A DNA stretch of 64,000 bases from Octopus bimaculoides (taxonomy: Eukaryota), in assembly GCF_001194135.2 (NCBI RefSeq), contig NC_068991.1:190473-254472 (forward strand). The letters run 5' to 3'. The position numbers and the translations under genes are program-made. Of the stretch, positions 24,302-37,034 are shown in pieces. How positions within the stretch are numbered: the stretch's first letter is position 1; the number at the start of each line of letters is the position of its first letter. The notes beneath the pieces are model-generated. The model saw only the letters and a program-made list of their open reading frames with translations, had not been told where the DNA came from and made no database searches.

Positions 24302-24640
24302 ATGCCCAAAAGGATTGATTTAGTTCACAAGATGTTGGAAGAGAAGTTTCAAACCTCATTTTGCTGTGATATTTGTGAAAGACATTCCTACAGAAACATA
24401 ACCAAGTCAAACGGGAGTAAAACTTGTGATATTTGCAGTAATTTACTGTCAGGGAGCGGTCCCCTGACCCTACATAAACATGTTCATACAAGAAAGAAAT
24501 CTCACTACTGTGATATCTGGGCTAAGTCTTTCACACAGAATAGTGGCATAAACGCTCATAAATGCATTCGTTTAAGGAGGCAAACCACATCATTGGGATA
24601 TCTGTGCTAAATCAATTTCACAAGGCAATCAACTAATGAA
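24302..24640 (+). pseudogene. Degenerate tandem C2H2 zinc-finger array (about 4 fingers)
   Basis: CDICERHS, CDICSNLLSGSGPLTLHKHVHTRKKSHYCDIWAKSFTQNSGINAHKCI, then after a frameshift KPHHWDICAKSIS. Zn ligands and TGEKP linkers are mutated. Confidence 0.75.
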
Positions 24641-24869
24641 TACAATAAAAATAAAAGGCCACATTATTATTTCTTTCAGCTTTTTCTGATGATTGTTCGT
24701 GTTGTTTTCTTAACTTCCTGGTATGAAACTGATTGGCAAATTGGCTGGGATGAGATGATAATATTGCATTTTAACAATAATAGCAACAACAACAGCAGCA
24801 ATAATAATAAGGATGATATTGATGATTACAATAATGATAATAATAATAATAATAATTGCCCGGATGCTG

Positions 24870-25398
24870 TACCATGGCTTCTGATCTGAACTGATAGGAA
24901 GTGTTATCATGTACATTGTTTTGTCTTGGTATAAAAGATGGGTTATGGCAAATAGTCTGCTCAATACCACTGATTTGCTTGTCAGTTGTTTGACCATAAC
25001 CAGTAGAGCATGTCCCTTGGTGGCTGACGATCTATGCATCTCTGATCATGAGCAGAAGTAGTTGGGGAGCATCATAGCCATGTGTTGAAAGGAATTCTTT
25101 GGGGGTTTGGATAATTCACTTCTGGAAACATGGGTGTTTCATTGAACATCCTTAAGCAACCCTTATTCAGGAACCTTTTGAGTGGTATGGGATACTCAAT
25201 GGGAAGAAAATTCTAACTGGGCTCCGCCTGCAAGGCCATGTGCTGTTTATCTTGATATGAGATCACCATGTTGCACACACATGGCTGCAATGCATGTGCC
25301 TGGTGTACTCTTATCAGACGGGTGGTCATGATGGGTATACTGGGCTTCGTATATTTTACCCCAGTGCCACTTTGATGGCATGTACTGCTCTCTCACTC

Positions 25399-25400
<2 letters not shown>
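24870..25400. repeat. Interspersed repeat, probable LINE-derived segment, class uncertain
   Basis: Unique-looking GC-richer block bounded by (AAT)n arrays and resembling retroelement UTR sequence. No ORF assigned. Confidence 0.35.
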
Positions 25401-25445
<45 letters not shown>

Positions 25446-26659
25446 TGATGATGATGATGATGATGATGATAATAATAATAATATTATTTCGTGCTTTGCT
25501 GTACTCATGAACAGCCATCTGTTACAGCTGGTTTGATATCAGTCCTGATGGCACATAAAAAGCATTCATGCTGGTGCCACATAAAAAGCACCCAGTTCAC
25601 ACTCTTGGAGTGGTTGGTGTTAGGAAGTGCATCCAGCAGTAGAAACAATGGAGCCTGTTGCAGCCCCTGGCCTTACCAGCTCCAGACAAGCCATCCAACC
25701 CATGCCAGCATGGAAAACAGACGTTAAATGATGATGATGATGATACATACATACATACATAAATATATACATATACATACATACATACATACATACGTAG
25801 AGAGCAAATTCATTATTCTTATGCAAGAATGTTGTTGACAGTGACTTCAAAGTTTCAGCCAACTTTGTTGAACTGGCTTAGCTGGCTAAAAATATTACAC
25901 ACATACACATGTGTATGTATGTATTTATATGTTTGTATGTATCTATACATGTCACATTTCTTTTTCCTTTTTTCATGTTTTCACCTATATTTTCACATTT
26001 TAGACCTGCTTGTTGCTACCTCATTACATTTTAGTTTATTTCAGTTTGTCTTTCTCCTTGTGTGTTTATGCGTTCATGAGTACAGTCTTCCCCTAACATT
26101 GTATGTGTGTGTATGCATGTGTGTGTGTGGAATCTTGCCCTGAACATGGTGCCTGTGATGTCTATCAAGTGACATACCTCTTCTTTCAATAATATATGAA
26201 ACTAATTTCAAACATTAATTCTGAATAATTTTCCATTAAGTTTTTTATTTTTTTTATTTCATGGAATCTGTTTTGACTTAATTGTCCCCAAAAAAGGAAT
26301 TGTAGAGACATGTAATGTTTATCATCCATTGGTTTGCCAGAATTTGACATCTGACAATGTCAGGCAGAAAGAATGGCCAATATATTTGGAAAGTTGAAGA
26401 ATAAAAAGAAAACACTTGAATGTGAATGAGGCTGCAATGCTGGAAACTAAGAAAGTTTCAAAGAAACATCAGAAAAGTTGTTAAGTACGTGAATATGTAG
26501 GATTTTAAACCCATCAAACCCATCTTTTATTTTTCATGCCAACCTACAATGTAAGAAATCATTCCATCAACCATGGAATATTCTTCATAAAAAATATTTA
26601 TCATCGAAATATCATTGTAAAATGTCCCTACAAAATCAGTTTTTAATTTCGAAAATATA

Positions 26660-26925
26660 TTGCTGTTGTTTAACCCCAGGTCAGCCCAAATCCAGCAAAC
26701 CCATGATCAAAGACATTCCAGCTATGACCATCATGTCTGTGGACTACATTATGCAATGCATCTTGTTGTGGTTGTTGTTGTTGTTGTTAAACCTAAATCA
26801 GTGATGATAACCAAAGGTGTAACCATTCCATTTTTAAGCATAGCGTATCAAGGAATTCATTCTCCAATGTGTCCTTCCTTTTTAAGATGTAATTTAACTG
26901 TTGTTTCCAGCAGGAAATAGGATTT
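26660..26925 (+). repeat. Non-autonomous interspersed repeat (GTTGTTTAACCCCAGGTCAGCC...TGTAATTT..CTG.T.TTTC.AGCAGG family)
   Basis: Partial copies at about 9770-9990, 38260-38420, 39100-39170 and 61330-61410. Confidence 0.55.
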
Positions 26926-27107
26926 ATTTCTTTGTTGGTTATTTTAAAACAAATATTTTGTGGATTATTGCCTCAGTCCAGTTGTTTACTTTGGAAGCAC
27001 TTGGTGAGTGGTTCAGCCCCCCCCCCCCCAGTATGTGGACATTCTATAGCCATGGGTTGACCGCTGTCTTCTGAGTGAAACCAGGAGACAGAACCTGAAG
27101 AGGCTTG

Positions 27108-27147
<40 letters not shown>

Positions 27148-29228
27148 GTGTGTGTTTGTGCGCGTGTGCACATGTGTGTGTGTCTGTGTCTGTGTGTGTA
27201 ATGTGTATGTATGCATGTGTATATATATGTATTTGTGTGTGCACATATTTCATTTCAACTTGTTTGATGTCTGTAAACAAACCAACAACCTGGCTATGGC
27301 TTCCAGTCAACCACAATAGGACACCTGAGCTGCTTGACCTTTGATATGTTGCCTGATTTTTTGTACACAAAAGAGGTTCATAACTATGTCTCAGCTGTTT
27401 TGTTGTTTGACCGATAGAGGGGGGGGGTTATTACCTTGCTTGGGAACAGGTGTGTGTGGCTGATGAAAAGCTCATCAATAAACTGCCTCAACAAACTCTT
27501 GTCTAACCCATGCAAGCATGGAAAGGTGGATGTTAAAACAACAATGATGATAATAATGATGACAACTTTCTATATTATACACATCATCATCATCATCATC
27601 ATTTTAACTTCTACTTCTCTATGATTTCATGGGTTGGATGGAATTTGTTGAAGCTGATGCCCTTCCTGTTGCCAAACTTCATCACTCTCCAAACAAGCCA
27701 TTATTGTTCCCAAACCCAGACTTGTTTTGCACAGAAGACTGGAAATGAACACCCTTACCTGTATGAAGATAATGCTCCCTTAGAATGATTACGTGATATC
27801 TTAACTAGGATACACACAAAACCACAATCACACACACACTCACACAAAAACACAATCACACACACACACACAAAACCACACACACACTCTCTCTCTCTCA
27901 CACACACACAAATATATATGACTGGCTTCTTTCAGTTTTTGATGACCAGTCCAGGTGAATTTGACTGGCCAAGCTATAGTAGAAGACATTTGCCCATAGT
28001 ATCACACAGTGGGACTGAACTTGTAGCCATGTATGTATGTACAGTGCACTGTTCACTTGAAAGTATGATGAAAAAACACAACTCTTATATATATAACAAG
28101 TAGAAAGATAAATTTTATTCAACGCATACATACTAAACAGTATATATATATATATATATATNNNNNNNNNNNNNNNNNNNNNNNNNNNNNNNNNNNNNNN
28201 NNNNNNNNNNNNNNNNNNNNNNNNNNNNNNNNNNNNNNNNNNNNNNNNNNNNNNNNNNNNNNNNNNNNNNNNNNNNNNNNNNNNNNNNNNNNNNNNNNNN
28301 NNNNNNNNNNNNNNNNNNNNNNNNNNNNNNNNNNNNNNNNNNNNNNNNNNNNNNNNNNNNNNNNNNNNNNNNNNNNNNNNNNNNNNNNNNNNNNNNNNNN
28401 NNNNNNNNNNNNNNNNNNNNNNNNNNNNNNNNNNNNNNNNNNNNNNNNNNNNNNNNNNNNNNNNNNNNNNNNNNNNNNNNNNNNNNNNNNNNNNNNNNNN
28501 NNNNNNNNNNNNNNNNNNNNNNNNNNNNNNNNNNNNNNNNNNNNNNNNNNNNNNNNNNNNNNNNNNNNNNNNNNNNNNNNNNNNNNNNNNNNNNNNNNNN
28601 NNNNNNNNNNNNNNNNNNNNNNNNNNNNNNNNNNNNNNNNNNNNNNNNNNNNNNNNNNNNNNNNNNNNNNNNNNNNNNNNNNNNNNNNNNNNNNNNNNNN
28701 NNNNNNNNNNNNNNNNNNNNNNNNNNNNNNNNNNNNNNNNNNNNNNNNNNNNNNNNNNNNNNNNNNNNNNNNNNNNNNNNNNNNNNNNNNNNNNNNNNNN
28801 NNNNNNNNNNNNNNNNNNNNNNNNNNNNNNNNNNNNNNNNNNNNNNNNNNNNNNNNNNNNNNNNNNNNNNNNNNNNNNNNNNNNNNNNNNNNNNNNNNNN
28901 NNNNNNNNNNNNNNNNNNNNNNNNNNNNNNNNNNNNNNNNNNNNNNNNNNNNNNNNNNNNNNNNNNNNNNNNNNNNNNNNNNNNNNNNNNNNNNNNNNNN
29001 NNNNNNNNACATCGGCTTTTTCTGTAAAAAGTGTCTTCGGCGATCTTTACCAAAGATCAGCCTTTTCTGTAAAAAGTGTTGGAGAGAAAGAGGGAAACGA
29101 CATCATAAAAGCGAAAGACATACAGAGAGTGCGATTTATATTTTGAAGGGACTTTTTTTTACTTATCAGTTAACGGAATGCACCCTGGTTTTTATATATA
29201 TAGAGAGAGACACACACACACAAACACA

Positions 29229-29274
<46 letters not shown>

Positions 29275-31320
29275 GCATATGTTAATGAGTCTTTAAAAAA
29301 AGACAGAAGGTTCCATCGAGAATCGAACTCATGACCTCCTGTATGTAAAGCAGATGTGATAACCACTACACCATGGACACACACACATAGATATATGTAC
29401 ACATATATACACACATATGCACATAGACATCATCATCATAAAATCCTCAACACAAGAAAACTGAGAGAGAAATTTGTTGACTATAAATAAGAAACACTTT
29501 AAAATAATTGAAAATTCATTTAAAAATTTATTTTTAAAATTTAGCAAATATTTCTTTATCTTTGATATTAATATCAAATATTTGTGAAAAGTTCATTTTT
29601 ATCTAATATTCCTTGCTATATCATGAACTTTAACATGTTGTTGACTACATCTTTGTTAATTTATAAATGGTCTGTTGGTGTTGTCAGGACCGAGAGCAGA
29701 TTTTAAACCTTCTCCCCTCATCATCTATAAAATTCCCTTATTTCTGTATCTCAGTACATACTAATCCTCTATTTGAATATGTATGCATATGTGTGAGAGG
29801 GGAATGCATATATATATATATACATATATATATAATTCGTAAATAAAGACCACTTTAACACTGTAGGATTTTATCCATATATCTCTAAAGTATTTTTGCA
29901 TAAAGCAATAGAATCCACACAAATTTATCACACTACATGCCTGATAATGAGGCACCTGTATTTACATGCTAGAATGACTTTGCTTTGTTGTTCTTTGGCA
30001 AGGCCTCTGTTTAGATTATGAGATCTGACTCGGGCTGTTCTGTCTATGTATGTGATCAATCAATATAACTGATACACATGATCTTATAGGATTTTGTATC
30101 ATTGATCCCTTAAAAAGAAAAAGTTCACCTCTATAAACTTTGGTTTGTACTAATATGGGGGCTTAGCCATCTCTAAAAACACAAAGGGTCACATACTAAC
30201 CCTCTCATTGGAGGACATTCTCTAGACATTCTGCTCTATCAGTCTTCTAATTCCTATAATGACAAATTTATTCATAGTTAATTTCCTGTCACTCAAGATT
30301 TCAAAACTGGCTCCTTGAAAGTTTTTAAAATGTCAAATGTAAAACTTGAATTCCATAAACACAGGTTTATACTACTTGCCAAGAGGTTTCGAAAGTGAAA
30401 TTAATAATAAGAATAATAGATCAGATTTTAACTAAAGAAACATTGGATGGAGGCAAGCTTTTATGATGAGGATGATGATCTTGAAGCTAGTGTATTCAAA
30501 GAGGAACTTACATGTAACTCCTAACACTTGCCTACCTCCACAAATGAATAAATGGTAAATTAATATAATGTAATTAGGCACAGCAAACTTAGATTTGAAA
30601 ACAAATTCCAGAATCTCCCTGCACCACAAAAATACTTAATAGTTGTAATAAATAAATAAATAAGATGATTTGTTTTTTGTGTGGCCAAAGTAAATCACGA
30701 AGTAAAGAGTTTAACCCTTGACTGATGACTGTGATTTGAATATCCGAGGAGTGTTCATAGTGATGAATTGATTGTGTGTGTGTGTGTATATGTGCGTGTG
30801 CATGCACAATATCTATTAAGTATCCATATTTCCTACAAGTTTGCTCAAACAGAAATACATTAATTTGTTTGTAAGGCTGGATGAAGTGAGACTTACTGAG
30901 AATATCTCATATTTTCATCCCAAACAAATATTTAACATGTTTCAGCCAGTTACTTGGCTCATTTACAGTAGAATAAGAAAAGTACTCAACCATATTTCTC
31001 CAAGAGACTATTTAGAACTGGAATATTGATTTCAGGCATTAAAGATCTTATTTTTAATTGTTGTCAAATCTCTAACGAACCCTATTTAACTTCCCTTTGA
31101 CTTTAAGAAATGTTAAAAAGGAAGAAAAGTATAAAATATGAAACAAACTGAATTAATTCACAAATACTGGATTGTATGAACACTTTTAGGATCTCATGAA
31201 AAATAGTGGCTTCTCTTCACTTAGACTATGTCAAGTTTATATATATATATACACACACCTGCATACATATATACATACAAGTATCTATATATTCATGTAT
31301 GTGTATGTGTGTTGATCATG

Positions 31321-31408
<88 letters not shown>

Positions 31409-31886
31409 CATGTACATACATACATATATACATACATGCACATACACTCATTCTCACACACACACACATATATGTGGCATATATACTTAAACATATATAC
31501 ATATTTCGTTTTGTATTTAGTTTCCAAGATTCTTGATGTGACCTTGAATGTGAAAACAAATTCTTTTGTATCTAGAAAGGGTCACTACATTAATATTAGT
31601 AATGAGAGGTGTTTGACAGACAACTGATTGGTCGCTTGACCAACAGATTGATTGTTTGACCAACTGATTAAGCAAGCAATTGATTTGTTGGATGGTTAAA
31701 TAACTAAACAATTGACTAATAATAAAGAAGTGAAATTGAACCAGAATATGAGCTTATTATTGGCATAATGACCCTCCCAAGATACATATATGCATACATA
31801 CACATACATATATATACATATACATATGTATGTATATATATGTATGTATATACATATATACATATACATATATATGTATGTATATA

Positions 31887-31921
<35 letters not shown>

Positions 31922-32058
31922 GATATGTACATATATATGATGATGTATATACACGTACACACACACATATATGTATATATATTTACGTACACACAGTCAC
32001 ACATACATATATATATGTGTTTGTATATGTGTGTGTGTTAAAGTGTATGGAGAGAGAT

Positions 32059-32094
<36 letters not shown>

Positions 32095-33335
32095 GAGAGG
32101 GAGAGGAAGTATTCGATACTAAATATATTTGATTTTTTTCCATTGATTGATCTCATAATACCCTAACCCTTGTACTCTACCCAACCTTTTAGCTGTGAGC
32201 TGATGTAATAATTACCAAATATTTTCCCTTCCATTAACTATTTTTTCTATATTAATCAATCTCCATTGTAAATGTCCATTCCTAATCAACCCCTTTTTCA
32301 CCAAAGTCTTTTTCTCCCCAATTTTTCAACCATATTTAGAAAGACTAAAACATTTTGTTTTCATATTTTTATTTTTATTTGAATTTTAATGAATTTCCAA
32401 CAGAAATATATTGTTATCCAAAGCACAGATCTTCAATAAAAATATTATAGAACTAATAATACAAAAAAAAAAAAAAAAAATTATGAATAAAAATTAAAAC
32501 AAAGAGGTTTCCGTATTTTAAAGCTGATGAAGAATTCCCAAATTTCTTTATCGTTTTCCTTTCTGATGCCTCTCTGTAAATGGTGAAAATTTCAATAAAT
32601 GTGAATATATTTCTTAATATGGATATGACACTAAATCAGTGTGTGTTAGCGTCTTTGTGACGTTGTGGGCAGGAGGAGGAGGACAATAGTGGTAGTGGAG
32701 GTGGTGGCAGCAATAGGGGTGGTGATGATGATGATGACAGAGAGACAGGCAAGCAGGTAAATAGACTGACAGATCAGCAAATAGATAAATAGACAGAGAG
32801 ACAGAAAGACGGACAGACCGACTGACTGACTGACAGGCAGACAGATAGACAGATAGATAAATAGATGGACACTCAGAAAGATAGAGACAGACAGACTGAC
32901 TTGACTGATAGGCAGATAGAGAGACAGACAGACAGATAGACAGATAGGTAGGCAGGCAGACAAACAGACAGACAGACAGATAAATACTTTACAACTACTA
33001 TTGTTCCATGTTTGCAAACATAAGTTTAAAATAAGTGGATACACACTGTTGTTAATCTCAGAATGCAGACAATCCTCAATAATTAAGAATTAATTGAAAG
33101 TGGCAGCCTAGCTCTCAGGTTTCATGAATGAGAAAAGGAAGAAATTGGCATGTGGATATCAGTTGATTCAAAGCTACACAAACCCATTTAATATGCATTG
33201 GAATATCTTTGACTAAACTAATATCTGCATATCAATTTCTCCATTTTCTTCCTTTTCTCATACATGTGTGTGTGTGTGTGTGTGTGTGTGCATATGTGTG
33301 TGTGTGTGCATGCACTTGTGTGTATACACACACAC

Positions 33336-33383
<48 letters not shown>

Positions 33384-33388
33384 ATATA

Positions 33389-34430
33389 TTGGGTCATCCC
33401 ATAAATAATGCGGTTTTTTTCAATTGCATAAACTAAAAGTCGGAGGGCTATGGAATAGACTACCTACATCAAAATGCTATAAAAGCAGGTAGTAATTTTA
33501 CCGTGTCCTTATTTTTAGTGCAAATTTTGAAGAGTGCAGTTCGATTTTAACAGTTATTTTTTTCAAAGCTATAATGGAAGTGACAAAGGAGCATATTCAA
33601 CATATTTTGCTTTATGAGTTCAATAAAGGCAACAATACAAAGGAAAGTGTGAGGAATATTAACGCAGTAAATGGGGATCAGACAAGTGTAAGCCAGTGTC
33701 AACAGTGGTTCCAGAAATTTGGGGCCAGAAAGTACAGCCTAGAAGACAAACCTCATCCTGAAAGATCTGTAGAGCTTGACAACCTGGTGGAACAAAATCC
33801 TATCATAACTGTTGAGGAACTAGCAGAGAAGCTTGGATTTGGTCATTCAACCAGTCATTGACACCTGCATGCCATCAGAAAAGTCAGTAAATTGGGTCAA
33901 TGGGTTCATCACAAACTTCCCTAGTCTAATCATGTGCAGAGAGTGAATGAGTGCTCTTCTTTGCTGTCACGTCTCATGAATGAACCTTTTTTTTTTTACC
34001 GAATAATCACTGCTGATAAGAAATGGGTTCTCTATAAAAATGTCAAGCTCCAAAGACAGTGGGCAGAGAAAGGGGAAACACTGGCACCCCAGGCTAAAGA
34101 AGGTCTTCATTGACATAAGGTGTTGTTACCTGTTTGGTGGGATATGGAAGGTTTTGTCCACTTTGAACTTTTAAACCCAAACCAAACAATAACAAAGGAG
34201 ATCTACTGTGAGCGGCTTAAGTCAGCGCCAGAAGGAAAACGACCATCTTTGGTTTTAAGACGAAAGGTGTTCTTCCATCAGGATAATGCTCGGCCAGATA
34301 CAGATGACATTCTGAAGGCCAGAGCAGTTTGATTGGGAAACAATGCCCCACCCACCATATTCGCTGGATATTGCCCCATCTGATTATCATTTATACTGCA
34401 GTCATCAAAATCATCTCAACGGAAAAAATA
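33389..34430 (+). mobile_element. Mariner transposon, 5' TIR plus near-complete decayed D,D34D transposase, 3' end lost
   Basis: TA+TTGGGTCATCCCATAAATAATGCG TIR, then MEVTKEHIQHILLYEF.., ITADKKW, VWWDMEG, HQDNARP and HPPYSLDIAPSDYHL. Contains stops and frameshifts and is truncated by a microsatellite. Confidence 0.92.
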
Positions 34431-34463
34431 TCTGTGTATGTGTGTATAAATATATATACACGC

Positions 34464-34496
<33 letters not shown>

Positions 34497-36944
34497 TGCA
34501 TGTGTGTGTGTGCATGTGTTTGTATGTATGTTTGTAAGTATGTGTGTATGTATGTTCTTGAAATGTAAGGTGTTCCCATTTTCTACAAATAAAACCTTAT
34601 GAAACAGAGATGAATCTTCTGCATCATTGAATGAATAAATGTCATTTTATATCAATTAATGTCAATTAATGGATTCACCTGACAAAAGACAAAAGGTTTG
34701 AACAACAAATTATTGACATTTAATTTGTATAAAATCAATATTTCAAAATGTTGTTATGAATTAGTCTTGATGGATGGATGATTCGGGTTTGGCCGTTTGA
34801 TGGCTGAACTGAAATAGAGAACTGGTCAGTCAGAAGAAGAGTGTTGGGCAAAGTGTCTAGTTGTGTATGTGTGGGGGTTTGATTGTATGTGTGTATGTGT
34901 TATCGAAATAAGTGTAATAATTAATCAAATAAATAAGTTTACGTCCATCAAGATGCAAGGTTACACTTTGACAATTATTTCGTTTATTACCAAGGATATT
35001 TTTTTGTGTTAGTGGAAGGAAAATGAGGAAGGTATAAAGGCCTTTGTTTTAGTGTCTGTGAAAATGGTAAACGGAATATTTATTATGGAATAAACTACGA
35101 AACAGGATTATTAAACTCTTGGGGAGATCCTTCTAGAAACTAATTCTCACGAAACCAGAATTAAGAAATTCAATTTGCAATTGAAGGGAGATAACTTCTA
35201 TTCTCCCGTGTTTTTTCATTCTAATGTTCTGATCTGGGATCCTGAATATCCGTCTCCCTGTCGCTGATCCCCTATATGACCAAAAAAAAAAGAACATTAC
35301 AGGTAATACCATAAGTTATAAAATAAATAGGATAAATAAACTAAATAACTAATTGTGGTTTTTTAAAAAAATCAAGAGGGACACCCGAGACAATTTTAAA
35401 TAATGGTTTCTCATTTAGGCACAAGGCCAAGAATTTGTAGGGAGGGACAAGTGGATTAAAGTGGCCCAGTACATTACTGGTGCTTAATTTTATCTACCTC
35501 ATAGGGATGAAAGGCAAAGCTAACCTCAGCAGGATTGATCGCAGGACGTAATGAGTCATAACTCTATGCTGCAAGGCACATTGCCCGATGTTTAAGTACA
35601 AGGCCAGCAATTTTAAAGGGAAGGAGAAAGTCGATTAAACTGACTCCTGTTACTAGTACAAAACAACAAACTCTGGGGAATTCATTATTATTTTCACTGA
35701 CACAAATTGTGAATCAGCATGAGAGAAAAAAAAAAAAACAGAAAGAAACAGATGACAGGAATAGGAAGAAAACCTGGAGTATTCTATTTGTTTTCAGAAC
35801 GCATGGGAGAAAAATGTTTCGGAGGTACAGCCTTAGTACACAGGTTAGATTGTTCATACATTTCATATGGGGTTTGGTTTCTATGGCTGGATGCCCTGCC
35901 TAATACCATCCCTTTTACAGAGTGTTCTAGGTACATTTTCTCGCGACACCAAATTAAAAGAGGCTGACATGACCTCAACAAAACGACAGTCCTCTCAAGC
36001 TACAGAAGTCTTTGTGCAACCTGTGATACTCGTATAGAAATAAATAGGTACCACAGGTTTATATTAGGTAAAACTAAAGACTGAACGACTGTTCCTTCAT
36101 GCAACAGTGCTGACTTCCAACTCATATCTTAGCTTTTGTGCTACAAAAAGGATGCATATCATAATGCAAAATTTCTTTGAAAACTAGGTTTTCGTGGTGA
36201 ATAATAAGAACGAGTCAACAGTGTATTGCGGGAACCGTTATAATTTGAAATAATTATGATGTGTTGACACAGAAATCGACAATCTCCCTTGTTAACTTAC
36301 AAATACGACAATTGAATTCAGATGAATTATAAAGAGAATACAAAATACGACCTGAAAAACTTGCTGACGCTGATAGGTTTGTCATTGATATTAAAATTAC
36401 AGGAAAAAATTAGACTGGGAAATATTTTATAATTTACGATATTGGAAATTAAAAGAATATAAAATTATTATTTCCCTTTGATTTCCAAGTAATTGAAAAA
36501 CTTTTTATTATTTTCAAATATCGGTGGATAACAGAATCAGTTGAGCGTCGGGAGATCAATTAACGGCGACATTGAGGTGGGTTGATCGCTTTTTCTTCTC
36601 GATCTAAAATGAATGACAATCAGATCATGTTGTCAATTATTATTTTTAAATCGACATCATTGAACGTTAAGACAAAATCACTTTGTGGTATTTAATGACG
36701 TCTCCGTCAACATTTAAATAACCACCCCCAAATCAGTTGGGATTCACTTTGCCATTCGTTGTTGTGCAGAGATCGATAAAAGAAATTATTAGTTATTGTA
36801 CTGGATCGATAGAACCTATAATACCCCAAAATCTATGGACATATTTTTGTTTTCCAATAAAGTAATGTCAAATATTTGAAGCGTCATCGATTCAGATTGA
36901 AATAATTCTGAATATTTCTCGAAACATAAACAAATGTCATTTTA

Positions 36945-36978
36945 CCGGAAGTGACCTTTCTCCACTGGTCATGTGATC
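36945..36978 (+). promoter_or_regulatory. Putative ATP6V1C core promoter: ETS site CCGGAAGTGA plus CLEAR/M-box-like GGTCATGTGATC
   Basis: CCGGAAGTGA at 36945-36954 and GGTCATGTGATC at 36967-36978, in a CpG-enriched region about 60-90 bp before a strong donor (CG|GTGAGT at 37035). Confidence 0.6.
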
Positions 36979-37034
36979 AGACGACTCGCAGCACCTGATC
37001 CTCACTTCACTTCAATCCTTCGACACAGTTTTCG
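36960..37034 (+). other. ATP6V1C1: Putative non-coding exon 1 (5' UTR) of ATP6V1C; TSS approximate
   Basis: Donor GTGAGT at 37035. The ATG-containing exon starts just after an acceptor at 44081, so an upstream UTR exon is required. Confidence 0.55.

Noticed and set aside
29500-32600. Scattered minus-strand splice-like signals and short ORFs suggesting a gene between the AK-like gene and ATP6V1C
   Set aside because: No phase-consistent exon chain or recognisable protein could be built.
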